Source of the DNA: an uncultured Chloroflexia bacterium
GTDB lineage: Bacteria; Chloroflexota; Anaerolineae; Anaerolineales; UBA4823
Reading direction: 5' to 3'
Length of the DNA stretch: 64,000 nucleotides
Assembly: GCA_963746255.1 (NCBI GenBank)
Contig: CAVVAJ010000007.1
Coordinates: 543,616 to 607,615 of the forward strand
Shown: positions 1 through 9,927 of the stretch, in pieces
How the letters are laid out: every line of letters begins with the position of its first letter
Numbering within the stretch: the stretch's first letter is position 1
Position numbers and translations under genes: made by a program
The notes under the pieces: generated by a model
What the model saw: the letters and a program-made list of their open reading frames with translations, nothing else
Told to the model about the DNA's origin: nothing
The model's database searches: none

Positions 1-1
1 T

Positions 2-2083
2 GTGAAGTCCTTGGATGAGCTTCGCCGGGCGATTTGGCAGGTGCGAGCATCACGCACAAATGAACGGGTGACAGCTTACCGTCATGCCAAAGACATTCTC
101 GCTGCCGATGAAATGGCGGTAGTTGTTCAGCAGCAAATCGAGGCTGAGATCTCTGGTGTGCTGTTTACCGCCGACCCAGTCACCGGCAGTAGGATGCACA
201 TGCCTGGCAATTACAGCCGAGGTTTGGGGGATGCATTGGTGTCCGGTGCCGTATCCGCGAATACATTTACATTAGCTTGGCCGAAGGGAACTTATTCCGG
301 ACCTCCGGAATTTTCACCTTATGCGAAATCTTTGTATAAATATGCCCGCCGGCTGCAGCAGCATTTTGCTGCTCCACAAGATATTGAGTGGGCTTTGTCA
401 GCCGGGAATCTTTACATCTTGCAATCAAGACCGGTCACAAATTTACAGGGGTTTGATCCTACCACAGGCGAATGGAACGACAGCTTGACTGGGGATTACC
501 TATGGACCAATACAAACTTGGGGGAGGCCTTGGTCGATGTGATGACGCCATTAAGTTGGAGCTGGCTGCGTCGGGCAATGCAGGCCTGGCAGATGCTGCC
601 GGAGTATCATCCGGCAGGTAATATCGGCGGCAGGGCGTATTTCAACGTCAGTGCATTTGCCGCAATGTATCGATTGCTGGGCATGCGGGAGGATAAACTC
701 CTGGAAAATATTGCCGGTACTATCCAGCTGAGTTTGCCGCCTGGTATGGAAATCCCTGCGATACCAGTTGCCCGTAAAGACAAGCTTTCCGGTTTGTGGA
801 ATATCATCCGTTTTACCTTCAAACAATGGTGGCACTTACGGAACATGGAAGACTATGTCTCTGCCAACCAGGAATTCTGCCGATCATCACAGGATCAAAT
901 ACGTGCCCTGGATGATCGGCACGCTCTACTTAAATTTTGGGAATCCGAACTGCTGCCTCGCAGCCGCGAGGCAGACCTGCGTTTACTGTTGGCGACAGAT
1001 TACTCCAGTACTTACACAATGGCATTACGCAAAGAACTGCTTATCCAGCTAGATGAGGCGCAGGTAGATGTGATGCTTACAAATCGATCAAACGGCGAAA
1101 ATAGTCTCGAATGCCTGGCACCACTCCTCGGGATATCACAGGTCGCCAGTGGTCAGCTCAGCCGCACGGAATATTTGGCTCGTTGGGGGCATCGCGGTCC
1201 GCATGAGTTTGAATTATCACTGTCATACCCCGCGGAAGATCCAAACTGGCTCGATAACCAAATTGCTCACCTCCGCAATTCCCCGATTGATGTCAAAAAC
1301 CTGCGTGCCGTGCGAATACAGGAATTCGAGGCTACCTGGCAGGAATATAAAAAGCACTACCCGCAGCAAGCTGGTGAAATGAACAAACGTCTTGCTGAGG
1401 CCTCACGTCGGGCACACCTCCGCGAATCAGCCCGTTCGGAATTGACAAAAATAGCGATGCTTATGCGGACATTTGCTCTTCAAGCCGGGCAGCTGACCGG
1501 TGTCGGAGAGGATGTATTCTTCTTGACCATCGAAGAATTGTCCGCTCTTTTAGCTGGAGAACAAATATCCGCCGTAAATTATCTCTCACGCCGGCGTGAG
1601 ACATATGAGCGCTACCGCGCACTCCCACCCTATCCGCCGATCATTAACGGCCGTTTTGACCCAATCCTGTGGTCAGCTGATCCCGATAGACGCAGTGAGT
1701 TCTATGATGCCCACAGGCAGATAGAACCTAACGCCTCTGCTCATAATGAGCGTCTTATTCGTGGCTTGCCGGGATCTGCCGGAGTGGTGGAAGGGATCGT
1801 TAGGTGCCTCGGCGATCCGGAAGAGGGTAATGTGCTGCAGCCTGGCGAAATCTTGGTCGCACAGCACACCAATGTTGGCTGGACTCCGCTGTTCCCGCTT
1901 ACGGCTGCGATCATCACAGATATTGGCGCACCCTTATCACATGCTGCAATCGTGGCGCGCGAACTTGGCATCCCCGCAGTGGTTGGTTGCGGAAATGCGA
2001 CCAGCAGACTGGCTGACGGTGACCTGGTTAGGGTGGACGGGGCGCGAGGAACTGTTGAGATCATCTCCGAAAAGCAGGTGTAA
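2..2083 (+). CDS. PEP-utilising enzyme / rifampin phosphotransferase-like protein (PPDK N-terminal ATP-grasp, central domain, C-terminal phospho-His swivel); 5' end lies outside the window
   Basis: ATP-grasp motifs MAVVVQQ..SGVLFTADP and PQDIEW..LQSRPVT; C-terminal GEILVA..TNVGWTPLF..GAPLSHAAIVARELGIPAVVG. Confidence 0.85.
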   Translation: MKSLDELRRAIWQVRASRTNERVTAYRHAKDILAADEMAVVVQQQIEAEISGVLFTADPVTGSRMHMPGNYSRGLGDALVSGAVSANTFTLAWPKGTYSGPPEFSPYAKSLYKYARRLQQHFAAPQDIEWALSAGNLYILQSRPVTNLQGFDPTTGEWNDSLTGDYLWTNTNLGEALVDVMTPLSWSWLRRAMQAWQMLPEYHPAGNIGGRAYFNVSAFAAMYRLLGMREDKLLENIAGTIQLSLPPGMEIPAIPVARKDKLSGLWNIIRFTFKQWWHLRNMEDYVSANQEFCRSSQDQIRALDDRHALLKFWESELLPRSREADLRLLLATDYSSTYTMALRKELLIQLDEAQVDVMLTNRSNGENSLECLAPLLGISQVASGQLSRTEYLARWGHRGPHEFELSLSYPAEDPNWLDNQIAHLRNSPIDVKNLRAVRIQEFEATWQEYKKHYPQQAGEMNKRLAEASRRAHLRESARSELTKIAMLMRTFALQAGQLTGVGEDVFFLTIEELSALLAGEQISAVNYLSRRRETYERYRALPPYPPIINGRFDPILWSADPDRRSEFYDAHRQIEPNASAHNERLIRGLPGSAGVVEGIVRCLGDPEEGNVLQPGEILVAQHTNVGWTPLFPLTAAIITDIGAPLSHAAIVARELGIPAVVGCGNATSRLADGDLVRVDGARGTVEIISEKQV

Positions 2084-2153
2084 TTGCCTGTGATCTCGGA
2101 TTATTTTCTCCGAGTTAATTTCTCGTATCAAGGGTCGCAGAAAGCGGGCGAGA

Positions 2154-3134
2154 TCAATTCAGCAGGCATGCCGCTTGGTGACCGTCAGCGAATGTTGTCA
2201 GCTGTGGGTCCGTCTCAGAGCACATTGGCTCCGCAACCGGGCAGCGTGGGTGGAATCGACAACCTGCCGGTAAGTCTACTGGATTTGGAGGATCACCTTG
2301 TAAGATGATACGGTCATGGCGCTTACGAGGATTGGGCACCGGGATTACGGATAGCAGTGCTTTGGTGTACGGGTGGGCGGGTGCGTTCAATACTTGTTCA
2401 GTTGAACCAATTTCCACGATACGTCCTAAATACATCACTGCAATTCGATCGGTAAAATGGGCAGCTGTCGCTAAATCATGCGTGATGAACAGGATGGAGA
2501 TGCCGTGTTGAACGCGCAGATCCGCTAGTAAATTTAGGATTTCTGCCCGTATGCTCACATCGAGCATGGACACAGGCTCATCGGCTAACAAAACGATCGG
2601 GTCGAGTACCAGTGCGCCAGCAATGACAACTCGCTGGCGCTGTCCCCCAGAGAGCTCGTGTGGGTATCGGTCAGTGTAAATCTCAGCTGGTTTCAACCCT
2701 GCATCTTCTAACGCTTTACGGACGCGTTCTGCGCGTTCCTTCTTGCCACGCAGCATTCCGTGCACTTTTAAAGGTTCGGCAATAGTCTCGCCAATGCTGA
2801 TTAAGGGGTTTAGTGATTCGTAGGGGTCTTGGAATACCATCTGGATCTTGCGGCGCATTGCCTTCAATTCCTTGCCCTTAAGATGAGTCACATCCTGGCC
2901 GTTGAAAATAATCGTGCCTTCGGTTGCGTGTTCCAATCCCATCAACGTGAGTGCTAAGGTTGATTTCCCACACCCACTCTCCCCCACCAAACCTAAGACT
3001 TCGCCGCGCCCCAGAGCAAAATCGACGCCGTCGACTGCGTGGACAAAGCGGTCTGTGCTTTGCCGGAGACCACCTGAATCGTGCGGGAAGAGTTTCCGTA
3101 GCTGACTTACTTGGATGATTGATTCTTCGCTCAT
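2154..3134 (-). CDS. Oligopeptide/dipeptide ABC transporter ATP-binding subunit (OppF/AppF-like)
   Basis: GESGCGKST, LSGGQRQR, ADEP, HPYT and C-terminal GCRFHPRCP; start moved to ATG 3134, an ATGA overlap with the upstream stop. Confidence 0.92.
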   Translation of the reverse strand: MSEESIIQVSQLRKLFPHDSGGLRQSTDRFVHAVDGVDFALGRGEVLGLVGESGCGKSTLALTLMGLEHATEGTIIFNGQDVTHLKGKELKAMRRKIQMVFQDPYESLNPLISIGETIAEPLKVHGMLRGKKERAERVRKALEDAGLKPAEIYTDRYPHELSGGQRQRVVIAGALVLDPIVLLADEPVSMLDVSIRAEILNLLADLRVQHGISILFITHDLATAAHFTDRIAVMYLGRIVEIGSTEQVLNAPAHPYTKALLSVIPVPNPRKRHDRIILQGDPPNPVDLPAGCRFHPRCPVAEPMCSETDPQLTTFADGHQAACLLN

Positions 3135-4177
3135 ATCGAGTTTATCAAATGGCAGGTTGCCCAATGGTTGCTGCTAAGTTGGTAAGGATAGGGAGCTTTG
3201 CGGTGGCATATGTCTATCGCAGCGGGGCACCTTGGGGCGAAGCGACAGCCGTCTGGCAGCGCATCTAGTCTTGGGGGATACCCTGGAATTGCAATCAGCT
3301 TGTCTTTGGGGCGAGTTAAATCTGGGAATGCCCCTAAAAGTTGTTGGGTGTAAGGATGCTGTGGGTAGTTGAAGATTGTATCGACACTGGCGTACTCCGC
3401 CAACACACCACCATACATCACCAAGACCGTATCGCAGATTTCAGCAACTACCCCTAAATCATGCGTAACTAATATGACAGATAAACCCAAACGATAGCGC
3501 AGGTCATCCAGCAGTTCCAGGATCTGGGCTTGGATCATGACATCCAGGGCGGTCGTCGGTTCGTCTGCGATGACAATTTGTGGTGCACAGGCTAATGCCA
3601 TTGCGATCAGTGCTCTCTGGCGCATCCCACCAGAATATTGGTGAGGATATTGGTTTTTGCGGTTGGCACCGATACCCACCAATTCTAAGAGTTCAACAAC
3701 TCGTTCCTCTAACCATGCTTGGCTGCGAACCAGGTTATGCGCGATAATCGCTTCAGCGATTTGATCTCCGATTGTGCGTACGGGATTCAAAGCATTCATC
3801 GCCCCCTGGAAGATGATCGAGATGTCCTTCCAGCGAACATCTTGCATATCGTTTTCGGAAAGAGCCAACAAGTCTTGGTCGCGGAATCTCACCTGTCCGC
3901 TGGTGATACGTCCAGCAGATGGCAGCAATCGCAGGAGACTGAGCACAAGGGTGGTTTTCCCGCAACCGCTTTCGCCGACCATTCCCAGCATCTCGCCTTC
4001 GCGCAGCAGGAAGCTGACGTCTGTCACTGCATGTGCTGGGGGCTGTCTATCGCTGACAAAATCAACCGAGATATTTTGTACGTCCAGTAAGACAGGCGCA
4101 GATGCCAGCTCAGGTTTTCGAGGTTGGTCCTCTATATCGGACCGGGTCTTTTTTGCTCGGGAGGTTGAACTGGTCAT
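3131..4177 (-). CDS. Oligopeptide/dipeptide ABC transporter ATP-binding subunit (OppD/AppD-like)
   Basis: GESGCGKTT, YSGGMRQR, ADEPTTALDV, HPYT, GCRFAPRCP; start either 4177 (ATG) or 4192 (TTG). Confidence 0.92.
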   Translation of the reverse strand: MTSSTSRAKKTRSDIEDQPRKPELASAPVLLDVQNISVDFVSDRQPPAHAVTDVSFLLREGEMLGMVGESGCGKTTLVLSLLRLLPSAGRITSGQVRFRDQDLLALSENDMQDVRWKDISIIFQGAMNALNPVRTIGDQIAEAIIAHNLVRSQAWLEERVVELLELVGIGANRKNQYPHQYSGGMRQRALIAMALACAPQIVIADEPTTALDVMIQAQILELLDDLRYRLGLSVILVTHDLGVVAEICDTVLVMYGGVLAEYASVDTIFNYPQHPYTQQLLGAFPDLTRPKDKLIAIPGYPPRLDALPDGCRFAPRCPAAIDICHRKAPYPYQLSSNHWATCHLINSI

Positions 4178-4178
4178 A

Positions 4179-5099
4179 TCATTTTGTTTCAACCCGGCTT
4201 ATCATCTCAGGTCCAACTGCTAGATGGTGAGTTTCCATTCGAGGATTCAGGATTTGCTCCATTCCATGTCCAAGCAGGGTGCAACCTAATACCACCCATA
4301 CGATACCAAATCCGGGTGGAACTAACGCCCACCAGGCGCCGGCACTCATCGCACCGCGCGTGAAGGCATAGTTAAGCATTTGTCCCCAGCTTAGAGTAGT
4401 GGGGTCAGATAGGCCAAGAAAGCTCAGTGTACTTTCATTCAGTATCGCTAAAGAGATGACCAAAACAGTATTGGCGACCATCAATGGCAGGACCAGCGGC
4501 AGCATATGGCGGCGGATAATATACATATTTCCAGCGCCGATGGATTTTGCGCGTAATACAAATTTCCGTTCCTTTACCGATAGCGTTTGGGACCGTACTA
4601 ACCTAGCGGTTCCGGTCCAGCCTAAAATACCGATCACAAAAATAATGTTTAATAGGCTTGGTTTGGTTAGGGCGACCAGGACTACTGCCAATGGCAGGTC
4701 TGGTATAACCAGCATGATATCGGTGATGCGCATCAGCCCATTCTCCACTTGCCCACCGTAGAAACCGGCGGTGATGCCGATCGTCCCACCAATCGCGATA
4801 GATATGAACGAAGCAAAGAATCCTACAATCAAGGATACGCGAGCTCCATAAACGAAGTTTGAAAGGACGTCTTTACCGGCATCATCAGTACCCAGCCAAT
4901 GCTCTGGACTTGGTGGTGAGTATATATCATCTATGATGATTTTTACTGGTGCTTTCGGATCGTAGGGCGCTATCAATGGAGCAAATACAGCCATCGCGAT
5001 CGCCAGCAACAGCATCAGTAAACCGAAAATACCCATCTTATTACGCCCTAGCTTTCGCCAAAATCCGCGAAAACTAGCGACCTCTACCTGATTGCTCAT
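4179..5099 (-). CDS. Peptide ABC transporter permease (OppC/DppC-like)
   Basis: HWLGTDDAGKDV..YGARVSL, EAA-like loop FVLRAKSIGA, SWGQML. Confidence 0.92.
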   Translation of the reverse strand: MSNQVEVASFRGFWRKLGRNKMGIFGLLMLLLAIAMAVFAPLIAPYDPKAPVKIIIDDIYSPPSPEHWLGTDDAGKDVLSNFVYGARVSLIVGFFASFISIAIGGTIGITAGFYGGQVENGLMRITDIMLVIPDLPLAVVLVALTKPSLLNIIFVIGILGWTGTARLVRSQTLSVKERKFVLRAKSIGAGNMYIIRRHMLPLVLPLMVANTVLVISLAILNESTLSFLGLSDPTTLSWGQMLNYAFTRGAMSAGAWWALVPPGFGIVWVVLGCTLLGHGMEQILNPRMETHHLAVGPEMISRVETK

Positions 5100-6131
5100 C
5101 TAATTAGCCCTTACGCGAGGATCAAGATGCGTATACCATAAGTCTGCGATGAGATTAGCTAAAATGACACTCACAGCAATGATTAGGAACGCACCTTGCA
5201 GCATGGGGTAGTCGCGCCGGCCTACCGCCTCAAATATGGTTTGCCCTAACCCAGGCCAAGAGAAAACAGTCTCGATTTGAATTGCTCCTGCCACGGTAAA
5301 ACCGAGATTTAGGGCAATGATCGTGACCATTGGGAGCATTGAATTGCGCAGCGCATGGTCTTTTAGCACTTGGTAAGTGCTTAAACCTTTGGCTTTTGCG
5401 GTCAGAATGTAATCTTCCGAAAGCACGTCTAGCATCGTGCTGCGCATGATGATCATATACTCTCCGATGAAGACGATGGTAAATGTCAGTGTCGGCAGGA
5501 TCATATGTCGTCCGATATCCAGCAACTCCTCCCAAGTAGTCGCAAAATGTGCGCCAGGTGTGGCTTTTCCACCGATCGGCAGTTCGAAATACCTGCTGCC
5601 TAGGAAAAGCAAAATAATTCCCAACCAGAATGTGGGCAAACTCCATGCAATTAAGCTGCCTACCAGTGCGCCGTAGTCGAGCTTGGTGTGCAATTTCCAG
5701 GCAGCGATCACTCCTAATGAGATGCCGATGATGATAGCCAGGATTTGACCGACGCCGATTAGCAGGATCGTATTCCATAGCCTCTCTAATAAGATATCCG
5801 AAACCGGACGGTTGCTATGATAGCTGATACCAAGCTCACCACGCAGTAAGTTTCCTGCGTATATAAAAAACTGAGTCTGGAGGGGATTAATGGCACACGC
5901 GCCAAATTTCAGGGGATTTATAGATTCAAAGCAGTTAATCACCGGTTTATCCAGGCCAAATCGGACCCGGATCGCTTCTATAGCATCTTGGGTTAGGCGC
6001 GGATCGCGGATACCTGCTCGGGCGGGGTCTCCAGGGAGAATCCTGAAGAGAAAGAAATTGAGGATAATAACAAAAAAAATGGTAAGCAGCGACCAGGTTA
6101 GTTTACGTGCGATATAGCTATACCGTATCAA
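5100..6131 (-). CDS. Peptide ABC transporter permease (OppB/DppB-like)
   Basis: LPGDPA, FGLDKP, EDYILTAKAKGL, ETVFSWPGLG, RDYP, LDPR; probable TTG start at 6131 with GGAG 7 nt upstream (ORF track starts 6152). Confidence 0.9.
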   Translation of the reverse strand: MIRYSYIARKLTWSLLTIFFVIILNFFLFRILPGDPARAGIRDPRLTQDAIEAIRVRFGLDKPVINCFESINPLKFGACAINPLQTQFFIYAGNLLRGELGISYHSNRPVSDILLERLWNTILLIGVGQILAIIIGISLGVIAAWKLHTKLDYGALVGSLIAWSLPTFWLGIILLFLGSRYFELPIGGKATPGAHFATTWEELLDIGRHMILPTLTFTIVFIGEYMIIMRSTMLDVLSEDYILTAKAKGLSTYQVLKDHALRNSMLPMVTIIALNLGFTVAGAIQIETVFSWPGLGQTIFEAVGRRDYPMLQGAFLIIAVSVILANLIADLWYTHLDPRVRAN

Positions 6132-6163
6132 TGGTCGTCTCCATGTATTCAACCCGATACAAC

Positions 6164-6201
6164 AGCCACCCAGAGGCTGGTACTTTCAGCTCTGGGTGGC
6201 T
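6164..6201. other. Intercistronic stem-loop between the SBP and permease genes (probable mRNA stabiliser or attenuator)
   Basis: AGCCACCCAGAG (6164-6175) pairs with CTCTGGGTGGCT (6190-6201). Confidence 0.6.
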
Positions 6202-6311
6202 CTGCTTGCATATTAGGTCAGGTTTACGGTCGTTTTCTCCAAATGGTTCCTGTCTGAGCAAGATTGCGGATCCACCCGCCACGAACTTGCGTTAAGTATC
6301 ACGCACATATC

Positions 6312-8075
6312 CTATGGTACTGGTTCGATGACCGTCAGCGATGAAGGATCCTCCAATGCCACCTTTGGTTGGTCAGTTACCCAACCGGTGAATCGATCTG
6401 TACGGAAGGCTTCTGTAGCCTGTGCGTAGTACGGAATGATATATGCGATATCATCATGTAAAAGTTGTTGCATTTCATATATGATACTTCGCCGCTTGTC
6501 TGGGTCAAGTTCGGTGGCCTGTTGGGCGTAAAGGTCATCAAAGACGGAGTTTGAGTACCCGGTTTCGCTGTTGCCGGTCGGAATTTCGTCTGTCAGATGT
6601 ACACTCAGCAAGAAGCCTGGATCAGGATCTGAGCCCCACCCCCAGATGATGATATCGAAATCAAATGTCGGGCAGCAGACCGAGGTTAGCGCATCAGGGT
6701 CTAAGGCTTGTGGTTCAAGCTTGATGCCCACTTGCTCCCAGGTTTCGGCCAAAAGTTCGGCGATCCGGGGCGCGGTGCTGCTGTCATTCGGCCAGAACAA
6801 ACGAAAGATGAGAGGATTTGTCCCATCTGGCATATCCCGTACACTATCCCCATCGGCATCAACATAACCGGCTTCATCCAAGATAAGGTTCGCTTCGTCA
6901 ATATCGAAAGCGTAGTCAGCGATCGCATCGTTGTACCATACCCCTAAACCATCCGGGATTAGAGTGAGACCGGGAGTCCCCAAACCAAGCAGAACGACAT
7001 CGATGATCTTCTGCTTATCTGTGGCATGTGCCAGTGCCAAGCGTACATTGCGATCTCTCAGTGCGGGATGACCAGAGCAAATACCGTCTTCCGCTGGGCA
7101 ATTCTCTTCAGATGTCTGGTTGGGGATGATATCGGTTACCTCAGGTGCCAAAGGTGCGCCAACGACTAGTTCGACATTATCTGCATTCTTGAGAGTCGGA
7201 ACCGCGGTGTTGGGCATTTCAGTAATCATGTCAACCTGACCAGTCACCAATGCTTGGACGAGCGCGTCCTGATTGTCGAAGGTTTGAAAAACGGCTTCAT
7301 CGATCTTAGGTGGATTTATGGGGTGATTTTTATTGGCGGTAAGATGGACGAACTCACCTTGGGCGTACTCAGTCATCACAAAGGCACCTGTGCCGACCAT
7401 TTCCTCATTCTCAAATTCGACCGCCCCGACAGGGTCATCATATTCTGCCCAGATATGTTCCGGTATCACATACAAGAACACCAACTGGCTCTCCATATTC
7501 GGGATCGGTTCCGAAAGTGTGATCACCAGTGTGCTGTCATCGGTTGCTTCAACGCTTTCGAAGTATTCGGTGTAAACGGGTAGGTAGGGGAAATCTTCGT
7601 GGCTTTGGTAGAAATTGTATGAGAATGCGATGTCTTGAGCAGTGAGCGGTTCACCATCGCTGAAAACGAAGTCTGGTCGGATTTTAAATGTCCAAACAGT
7701 GCCGTCTTCCGAGAGTTCGTAGCTCTCCGCGAGAGTCAGCTCGTATGTGCCATCTAGCTGCAGGTCGAACATGGTGTCATAGACCAGCTCGAATGTCGTG
7801 TATGCCTCTGCAAGTACAGCTGTTCCCGGGTTGAGCGTGTCCGGACTACCGCCCCAACCGACACGCAATGTTACCAGTTCTGCAGGTGCCGCAGGCTCTT
7901 CCACTACAGGTACCTCAGGCTCTTCAACTACAGGTGCTTCGGGTTCCTCAACTACCGGCGCTTCGGGTTGAACTTCAGCAACTATGGTTGGTGTAGCTGT
8001 TTGGCCCCCACACGCAGTCATAACCAATATCAATAGTACGATCAAGACTGCCGGGAAGTATCTTTTGGAAATCAT
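6312..8075 (-). CDS. Peptide ABC transporter substrate-binding lipoprotein (family 5, OppA/DppA-like)
   Basis: Lipobox VMTAC, acidic Pro/Glu linker, SBP5 motifs WTFKIR..FSDGEPLTAQD, GTGAF, VRLALAHA; AAGGAGG RBS. Confidence 0.93.
   Translation of the reverse strand: MISKRYFPAVLIVLLILVMTACGGQTATPTIVAEVQPEAPVVEEPEAPVVEEPEVPVVEEPAAPAELVTLRVGWGGSPDTLNPGTAVLAEAYTTFELVYDTMFDLQLDGTYELTLAESYELSEDGTVWTFKIRPDFVFSDGEPLTAQDIAFSYNFYQSHEDFPYLPVYTEYFESVEATDDSTLVITLSEPIPNMESQLVFLYVIPEHIWAEYDDPVGAVEFENEEMVGTGAFVMTEYAQGEFVHLTANKNHPINPPKIDEAVFQTFDNQDALVQALVTGQVDMITEMPNTAVPTLKNADNVELVVGAPLAPEVTDIIPNQTSEENCPAEDGICSGHPALRDRNVRLALAHATDKQKIIDVVLLGLGTPGLTLIPDGLGVWYNDAIADYAFDIDEANLILDEAGYVDADGDSVRDMPDGTNPLIFRLFWPNDSSTAPRIAELLAETWEQVGIKLEPQALDPDALTSVCCPTFDFDIIIWGWGSDPDPGFLLSVHLTDEIPTGNSETGYSNSVFDDLYAQQATELDPDKRRSIIYEMQQLLHDDIAYIIPYYAQATEAFRTDRFTGWVTDQPKVALEDPSSLTVIEPVP
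7894..7965 (-). repeat. Intragenic 24-bp tandem repeat (x3) encoding an EAPVVEEP-type linker
   Basis: Plus-strand units GGCTCTTCCACTACAGGTACCTCA / GGCTCTTCAACTACAGGTGCTTCG / GGTTCCTCAACTACCGGCGCTTCG. Confidence 0.85.
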
Positions 8076-8390
8076 CTTCTTCCTCCTTAAAAATTGGATG
8101 ACCCCGCAGGGTCACTCTGAAAGGGTGTATCGCTTTTCGTAGAATCGCCTTTGAGCCCTCATCCTCCGCATAAACCCCTCGAGGGTGAATTATTAAGTTG
8201 TAGGGCGTGTTCCAGGTGCTTCCCAAACACCACACGCCATTGTAATGGTTGTTTTCTCCATGTGTGACATGGAGACCGATAAGGCTTGTTAGGGCGGCGA
8301 TAATCTAGAAATTCTGTCATTGATTCTCCACGCTTTTTGCGATACTGCTATGGGGAGAAAACCACCTGTAGCCATGTTAAAGATATTAGA

Positions 8391-8419
8391 TTTATACACT
8401 TAATAACCCTCTATGTCAA
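8391..8419 (-). promoter_or_regulatory. Sigma70-type promoter of the peptide ABC operon
   Basis: Minus strand TTGACA (8419-8414), 17 bp, TATAAA (8396-8391). Confidence 0.7.
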
Positions 8420-8477
8420 TTATACTGGGGGTTAAGTATCGTGAGGAAAAATTTGTTTTTATAGCTTGGTTCACAAA

Positions 8478-9893
8478 TCATGATTGCTGTCTGGCAGCTT
8501 CAAGTATCTCATCCAGCGCATCAGCTTGTTCTTCGGAAAGGGGCGGGACATCATGCTGTGCGAGGATCTCCTTGACTTTCTCTTGGGCGTGTTGAACGAC
8601 GGTTTCACGACCTGCAAGACACCACTCATCCCAGCTGATTTGCTGGACAGCTAGAGTAGGCCGCCAAACCTCACCTGCCCTTAGGTGTCTCACCGTGTGC
8701 ATTTCGGCGGCATAGCTGTGGTTGCCGTTCATCACTTCTTCGATTACCTGAAGCGCCAAAGTGTCTGCGTTAACCTTGAACCCGCTGATCAGTCTTCTCA
8801 CCATACTGATGATTTCATTATCAATTATCATTTGTTCTGGGCAAGAAAGTATGCCCCCGGCCATTTCGCCAATGCCAGATAATTCATCTGCCCCCGCAAG
8901 CGCTGGTACCAGCGCATTTAAGGCGCGTTCATATCCATTTTGGATATCTAGTCCATAAGTGCTGCATGATAGACCATACACATTCACCGGCAGACCATAA
9001 TAATGACCTAGTTGGACCGTAGCTGCACCTGCTAAACCTGTTTCAGGATTGCCCCATGCAGGTCCAAATGAGCGCATATTAGCAGGGGCTAATCGTCCAC
9101 AATAGATAATCGGCAAGCCTGGTTGAACCGCTTGGGTTAATGCGATGGTAGCGAGATTCTCTGCATTCTGCTGTGCGAGCGCACCAGCCATGGTGATAGG
9201 TGCTGTCAATCCCAAACTAGGGCAGGGCAGTGGACCCAGCGGGATATTCCGTCGAGCTATCTCAATCACCGTTTGCGTGATCTCGCGGGGGAATTTCAAC
9301 GGGCTGATCGGGGATACACCGAGAGAGATCGATTCCTGGTCATCACAGACGACTTTCATCATTTCTGCCAGGTAGCCGACATCTGAGGACCGGTGTACTC
9401 CAGGACCGTTGATGGGCTTGAGTGTATGCCGGATGGTTTGATCAAACATCGCCAGCGTGACCATATTGCTGGGTACATCCTGAGGGGTGTAGAGTGGCGT
9501 AACCGTCGTGACATACTCCAGCGCATCGAGCAGCCGGGCGCTCGTGGCAACGTCTTTGCTTGATGCAGGCCGGATGGTGCCGGCATTGATATCAAGCACC
9601 TCCCGGGCACCTCCGAGATTGTGAACGTGCATCGATCCGCCGCCAAGAGTGGCCGATCCGGCTCTGCCAGCGATCTTTACTTGTGCCGGACAGCTTTTCA
9701 TCAGCCCCTCAATTAGATCGGCTGGCAATAATATCCGCCCTTTTTTCTCCACTGCACCATGGTCACAAAGGATCGACCGCGCCTCTGGGTCATCCATTTG
9801 GACGCCGATATTTTCCAGGATCCCTAAGGTTGTACTGTGAATGGCTTGAATTTCATCTGCCGATAAGATGGTTAGATTCACTTTTTCACTCAT
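8478..9893 (-). CDS. Trimethylamine:corrinoid methyltransferase family protein (MttB superfamily, non-pyrrolysine)
   Basis: IHSTTLGILENIGV, SPISPL, GLTAPITMAGALAQQNAE, DIQNGYE, EQMIIDNEI; no in-frame amber codon. Confidence 0.88.
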   Translation of the reverse strand: MSEKVNLTILSADEIQAIHSTTLGILENIGVQMDDPEARSILCDHGAVEKKGRILLPADLIEGLMKSCPAQVKIAGRAGSATLGGGSMHVHNLGGAREVLDINAGTIRPASSKDVATSARLLDALEYVTTVTPLYTPQDVPSNMVTLAMFDQTIRHTLKPINGPGVHRSSDVGYLAEMMKVVCDDQESISLGVSPISPLKFPREITQTVIEIARRNIPLGPLPCPSLGLTAPITMAGALAQQNAENLATIALTQAVQPGLPIIYCGRLAPANMRSFGPAWGNPETGLAGAATVQLGHYYGLPVNVYGLSCSTYGLDIQNGYERALNALVPALAGADELSGIGEMAGGILSCPEQMIIDNEIISMVRRLISGFKVNADTLALQVIEEVMNGNHSYAAEMHTVRHLRAGEVWRPTLAVQQISWDEWCLAGRETVVQHAQEKVKEILAQHDVPPLSEEQADALDEILEAARQQS

Positions 9894-9927
9894 ACCTTAT
9901 GCATATCTAATTGAAGAACCGCCCATA

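Noticed and set aside
8478-9893. Pyrrolysine recoding in the MttB homologue
   Set aside because: The ORF is continuous and full length with no in-frame TAG, and no pyl genes are in the window.
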